A DNA stretch of 64,000 nt. Source: Candidatus Latescibacterota bacterium. Lineage in GTDB: Bacteria > Latescibacterota > UBA2968 > GCA-2709665. How positions within the stretch are numbered: the first letter of the stretch is position 1; each line of letters begins with the position of its first letter. The position numbers and the translations under genes were made by a program. The notes beneath the pieces were generated by a model. The model had not been told where the DNA came from, did no database searches, and saw nothing but the letters and a program-made list of their open reading frames with translations. Location of the stretch: the NCBI GenBank assembly GCA_963667175.2, contig CAXXXF010000002.1, positions 64,001 to 128,000 on the forward strand, in the 5' to 3' direction. Below are positions 59,881-64,000 of the stretch, piece after piece.

Positions 59881-60199
59881 AACTGTAATTGAAGGGCTTC
59901 GCCGCTGGTGCACGGATCAGTCTGAAGAGCGTGGGGACCTGTTGGCATTGGGATATTTCGGATCCTATGCTCGAGGGGACGCGAGTTTCGGCAGTGATCT
60001 CGACCTGGTGGCGGTGGTGGAGAACAGTCCCGCTCCATTTTTCGAGCGTGCGCGGTCCTGGCCGACACACACCCTGGCCGTACCCACCGATCTACTTGTT
60101 TACACTGCTGAGGAATGGCAGACGCTGTGCGACGACGGAGGCCGTTTCGCCAGTGTCCTCTTAGAAGAAACAGTCTGGTTGGTCGGTCCACGATCGTAA
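59831..60199 (+). CDS. Minimal nucleotidyltransferase (MNT)
   Basis: FGSYARGD..FGSDLDLV, PTDLLVYT.EEW. Confidence 0.9.
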   Translation: MPVTSSTSSVKRWPGSETVIEGLRRWCTDQSEERGDLLALGYFGSYARGDASFGSDLDLVAVVENSPAPFFERARSWPTHTLAVPTDLLVYTAEEWQTLCDDGGRFASVLLEETVWLVGPRS

Positions 60200-60213
60200 C
60201 TGGGTGGGGACCA

Positions 60214-60819
60214 ATGAAGATACAGGGAAGACGCCTTATCGAGCTACTCCAGGCTAAGTATCGGGAAGACCCAGAGGGTTTTCGCGAATTCCTGCCGGGA
60301 GTCGTAGGTCTTCTTCCGGAACAACCGCCAGAAGGTGGTAGCCGAAGGTCGGTATACGGTCTGACGGAACAGGAAATCGCATTTCACCATGCGGAATTGG
60401 CAGAAGTGCTCGGCAAACTGGAAAAGGGTTCGGTAACACCTGAGGAAGCGGCCAGGGGCCTTCAACGTTGTGCCGCCCTGATCCTGGACGATAGCCTGCC
60501 TGAAGAAGCAGGATATGAAGAACTGAAGAGCCTGATCAGGGTGGTTCTGGGAAAGTCCTCCGGATCGTACAGGGCGAAGACCACCGTACCGGTTATTGAG
60601 GGCAACTACGAAGTTCATGAACGTGTTTCGGCAATTCGAGGCGTGTATCTCGATCTCGACAGTAGCAGGCGCCTCGTATCCGTTAGTATCAATCCCCGGA
60701 AGGTGCGGGAGAGGCGAGAATTGATGAAGTTCGTCGGTGCAAGTACAGACCCTCAGCCGGATGTCTCCTTCAGGCACGACGACTACCTCGCATCGGGGGA
60801 CCCCCATGACACTCGCTGA
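60214..60819 (+). CDS. Hypothetical protein with a VapB-like C-terminus
   Basis: Ends FVGASTDPQPDVSFRHDDYLA, a tail I associate with antitoxins that precede PIN genes (inference). Confidence 0.55.
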   Translation: MKIQGRRLIELLQAKYREDPEGFREFLPGVVGLLPEQPPEGGSRRSVYGLTEQEIAFHHAELAEVLGKLEKGSVTPEEAARGLQRCAALILDDSLPEEAGYEELKSLIRVVLGKSSGSYRAKTTVPVIEGNYEVHERVSAIRGVYLDLDSSRRLVSVSINPRKVRERRELMKFVGASTDPQPDVSFRHDDYLASGDPHDTR

Positions 60820-60993
60820 CCGCATATTCCGATGAATCAATGGCAGCCTGATATTCGGCTGCCGTTTCTCGTAGAAAAGCAGCAAAAGGCAGCGATCAGC
60901 CAAAGGCGGGGAGAGGGGAGACGTGAGATGACAGCCCGCGCCCATAGGATAACGAAATGGCCTGGCGAAATTTGCCGGCGATATGCGCGCAGA

Positions 60994-61100
60994 CCTCTCC
61001 CCCCGGCCCCCTCTCCCGGAGGGAGAGAGGGAGGAAACCAGACGACGATCAACCGATGACAGTTCCCCCCTTCCCCCCGGGAAGGGGGATAGGGGGTAGG
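60994..61100. repeat. C/G-tract palindromic doublet (REPIN-like)
   Basis: CCTCTCCCCCCGGCCCCCTCTCCC-GGA-GGGAGAGAGGG ... CCCCCCTTCCCCCCGGGAAGGGGGATAGGGGGTAGG. Confidence 0.65.
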
Positions 61101-61220
61101 TCGGCGGCGGGGGGTTATTGCCCCGTGCGGTTTCATTCCTTGCCGGTGGCATAAAGGAAATTACATTCGGGCAAGGACGTCATCTACCGTCTCCCGTCTT
61201 ACCGAAGAACGAGGTATTCT

Positions 61221-62435
61221 ATGCCCAAACAGAAACCGGTTCGGATCGGCATCGTGGGACTGGGGCCGCGAGGGAGGCTGTCGTGGATGAAGAACCTGCT
61301 GCGGATCGGGACCTGCCGCGTGACGGCATTGTGCGACCGGGTCGATGCCCTGGTGGCGCAGGCGTACCGGGAGGCCGGTGATCCGGACGTCGCGTGCTTC
61401 ACCGACTATGGAGAGATGCTTGAGAAGGCGGATATCGACGCGGTGGCGATCGTGACCGCGCCGCATGATCAGCCGGACCTGATCTGCCAGGCCATGGAAG
61501 CGGGGAAGCACGCGGCCTGCGAGGTGTCGCTGACGTATGACATGGACGACTTATGGCGGGTCGTGGTGGCGGTGGAGCGGAGCGGCCTGAAGTTCCAGAT
61601 GGCGGAACAGGTGATGTACCACCCGTTTGTGAAAGCATGGCGCCGCCTGGTCCGGGAGGGCGAACTCGGCCATGTCATCTTCGCCCAGGGGCAGTATCTT
61701 CACGGGATGACGCCGGACCGGTTCTGGGTCGATTCCGAAACCGGCGAACGCATCGATCTGGATGCCGCCGCGGATCATCCGAGGGCCGCGAAGAGCAGAA
61801 TGTGGAACTGGTTTCCCCACCCGATCCTGTACATGGCCACCGACCTGGGCCCCATCCTGACGGTTCTGGATGACCGGGTGACGCGGGTGACGTGCATGGG
61901 GACGCGGCCCAAGAGCTACTATTACGAAGGGATTCCCGCTTCGGATATCGAGGTCGCGTTGATGCACACCGAAAAGGATACGATCGTCCGGATGGCGGTC
62001 GGGTTTACGTACGCGACGCCCCGGGACCACCACTGGTGGCACCTGGAAGGGACGAAGGGAAAGGTGGAGACCGCCCGTTCCGCGGAGATATACGGCGGCC
62101 CTCAAGGAGTGGACACGCCGAAGATCTGGCTGGAGAGTTCCGGAGAGGAATCCATGCGGGAGGCCGAGTGGAAGTTTTCCCCGGACGACCTTCCCGAGGC
62201 GGCCCGGGGCAGCGGGCACGGGAATATGGACCATTTCGCGCTATCTTCTTTCCTGGACGCCATTCTGGACGATTCGGACCCGCCGCTGAACGTCTACCGG
62301 TCGGCGGAACTGACGGCGCCGGCGATCGTGGCCGTTCAGTCCGTGGAACAGGGGAACGCGTGCCTGGACGTCCCGGATTTCAGGCCGTCGGAAACGCGAA
62401 AAGCCGGCGAGTTCCCCTTTTACCCCGACTCGTAA
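61221..62435 (+). CDS. Gfo/Idh/MocA family oxidoreductase (GH109-like)
   Basis: IGIVGLGPRG, KHAACEV, GQYLH, GHGNMD, VPDF. Confidence 0.85.
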   Translation: MPKQKPVRIGIVGLGPRGRLSWMKNLLRIGTCRVTALCDRVDALVAQAYREAGDPDVACFTDYGEMLEKADIDAVAIVTAPHDQPDLICQAMEAGKHAACEVSLTYDMDDLWRVVVAVERSGLKFQMAEQVMYHPFVKAWRRLVREGELGHVIFAQGQYLHGMTPDRFWVDSETGERIDLDAAADHPRAAKSRMWNWFPHPILYMATDLGPILTVLDDRVTRVTCMGTRPKSYYYEGIPASDIEVALMHTEKDTIVRMAVGFTYATPRDHHWWHLEGTKGKVETARSAEIYGGPQGVDTPKIWLESSGEESMREAEWKFSPDDLPEAARGSGHGNMDHFALSSFLDAILDDSDPPLNVYRSAELTAPAIVAVQSVEQGNACLDVPDFRPSETRKAGEFPFYPDS

Positions 62436-62450
62436 AAGAAAACCGTTGAA

Positions 62451-62733
62451 TTGGCCACAAAATGCACAAAAGGCACAGAAGGTGAAGAACCTGTCGCGGA
62501 AAACACGTCATATTTGCTTTATTCTCCCGGGAGGGGTAGCCAACACTATGTCAACTCCTGGTAAAAAACGGCACTTGCAGGACCGATGCCACTCAGACCG
62601 AATATTGGCGTCGTGCATGTCCAATCAGCAGTTCACAGGCTAAGTTGTTTCTTTTGTGTTTTTGTGCCTTTTGTGGCCATTGCCTTTACGCGTCAATCGG
62701 ATTGAAGTGACTGTAGCCACAAAAAGCACAAAA
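62451..62733. repeat. 9-nt-periodic inverted repeat cluster
   Basis: GGCCACAAAATGCACAAAAGGCACAGAA, its inverse at 62651-62679, and a third arm at 62714-62733. Confidence 0.75.
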
Positions 62734-62810
62734 TGTCGATCGAATTCGGTGAGACGGTAGACGTAAGACGGTAGCGGGCCAAACTCAAAAAACCGGCAGG
62801 AGGTATTGCA

Positions 62811-63746
62811 ATGGCATCGGGTTTTCTGGATCGTCTGAAGGACGGACCGGTACTTGGCGACGGCGGGTACTATCTGGAGCTCGAACGGCGTTGCCTGGGC
62901 AGTTTCGAAAAAGGGGTGCCCTGGGCCGTACTGGACCACCCGGAGGGTCTGCTCCAATTGCACAGGGAGTTTGCGCTGGCGGGCGCCGAGGTGCTGCAGG
63001 CCATGACCTGGGGCGTGGGCAGGATGGACCGGGATGAAGAACTGCACCGCACCGCGGTCGGGCTTGCGAGGGAGGCCGCCGGACCGGAGCGTCTCGTGGC
63101 GGGTACGCTCAGCCCGGCCGGCGTCGGACCGTACCAGCGGCGGTCGCCCATTTCCGCGAACGAAAGGCGCGAGGCGCAGGCATTCTTCGAACGGCGGGTG
63201 GGCCAGCAGGTCGACGCGGGCGTCGACCTGCTCATCGTGGAGACGTTTTATTCGGTGGAGGAGGCGTCGCTGGGCATGCCATACATCAAGAGCGCCGGGG
63301 TGCCCGTCGTGGTGACGCTGGAGTACAAATCGGGGGAGTATACGTCGGACCGGTACCTGCCGGACGAGGCCGCAAAACGGCTCGTGGACCATGGCGCCGA
63401 CGTGGTGGGCGTGAATTGCGGCCGTCCGTGGTATATGTACAGGGATATCCTGCGGAAGATGATGGGCGCCGTGTCCGTTCCCATCTGCGCCCAACCCCTG
63501 GCGTACGTGTTGGAGAACGGTGCGGAGTACACCCGGGAGATCGCCTCGGGCTCCAGCGTCCATTTCGAGCTCCGCCACCAGCCCCGGCGTGAGATGGCCG
63601 ACTACGCCAGGGACGCGTGGGATATGGGGGTCGATTTCATCGGCGCCTGCTGCGGAGCGTTGCCTTACCATATCCGGGCGATGGCCGAGGCGATCGGGAA
63701 GCCGACGGCGATGCCGGATCGACCGGGTCCCTATCAGTTAAGGTAG
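62811..63746 (+). CDS. Homocysteine S-methyltransferase family (BHMT-like)
   Basis: LGDGG, EF..AGAEV.Q, IVET, GVNC, IGACCG. Confidence 0.9.
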   Translation: MASGFLDRLKDGPVLGDGGYYLELERRCLGSFEKGVPWAVLDHPEGLLQLHREFALAGAEVLQAMTWGVGRMDRDEELHRTAVGLAREAAGPERLVAGTLSPAGVGPYQRRSPISANERREAQAFFERRVGQQVDAGVDLLIVETFYSVEEASLGMPYIKSAGVPVVVTLEYKSGEYTSDRYLPDEAAKRLVDHGADVVGVNCGRPWYMYRDILRKMMGAVSVPICAQPLAYVLENGAEYTREIASGSSVHFELRHQPRREMADYARDAWDMGVDFIGACCGALPYHIRAMAEAIGKPTAMPDRPGPYQLR

Positions 63747-63777
63747 CGGTGCGACCTGAGACAAGGAGGTTTGCCCT

Positions 63778-64000
63778 ATGTCACGGAATCTCATGGAAAT
63801 GTTGGACGAGGGGATCGTTCTGGGAGACGGGGGGATGTTCCTGGAGGCGAACTGGAGAGGTTACGATGTGCCCGGCATCATCGGCTCCCACCCGGATGTG
63901 CTTCAGCAGATCCACCGGGACTTCTACAGATCGGGTGCCGAGGTGCTCCAGGCGCTGACGTGGTTTACCTCCGGCGCTCAGCTGGAGGAGAAATACGGAT
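63778..64000 (+). CDS. Second homocysteine S-methyltransferase paralog (partial)
   Basis: AAGGAGG RBS; MSRNLMEMLDEGIVLGDGGMFLE...HPDVLQQIHRDFYRSGAEVLQA. Confidence 0.85.
   Translation, partial: MSRNLMEMLDEGIVLGDGGMFLEANWRGYDVPGIIGSHPDVLQQIHRDFYRSGAEVLQALTWFTSGAQLEEKYG

Noticed and set aside
1-64000. tRNA or rRNA genes, integrase-associated att sites
   Set aside because: No cloverleaf or rRNA signature and no tyrosine or serine recombinase recognised by eye

Overview
GC-rich bacterial chromosomal window. By inference it resembles Latescibacterota/Gemmatimonadota-type marine or sponge-associated genomes (GWxTD, EF-hand/dockerin-like and many Gfo/Idh/MocA proteins). 1-26 kb is housekeeping: rpe, a PASTA protein, RluA, 5-FCL, uppS-cdsA-dxr-rseP and a dcw cluster (mraZ to ftsZ) that lacks mraY and murD. 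26-46.5 kb is mostly catabolic and accessory enzymes plus a hybrid kinase-regulator. About 46.6-61 kb is a lower-GC island with an IS3 splitting a gene, an IS256 nested in the end of an IS630, a SLATT-like membrane protein coupled to a 42-aa Pro-rich peptide, AbrB-PIN and HEPN-MNT modules and a four-helix-bundle gene. Two signals stand out. (1) Around the four-helix-bundle gene, 7-nt-periodic repeats separate short diverged copies of nearby island DNA, like a cassette or spacer array. (2) Tiny 19-28 bp CCTG...CAGG hairpins sit exactly after CG with no target duplication inside a MITE family (filled and empty sites are both present), and one replaces part of the IS630 transposase. All counts and alignments were done by eye.
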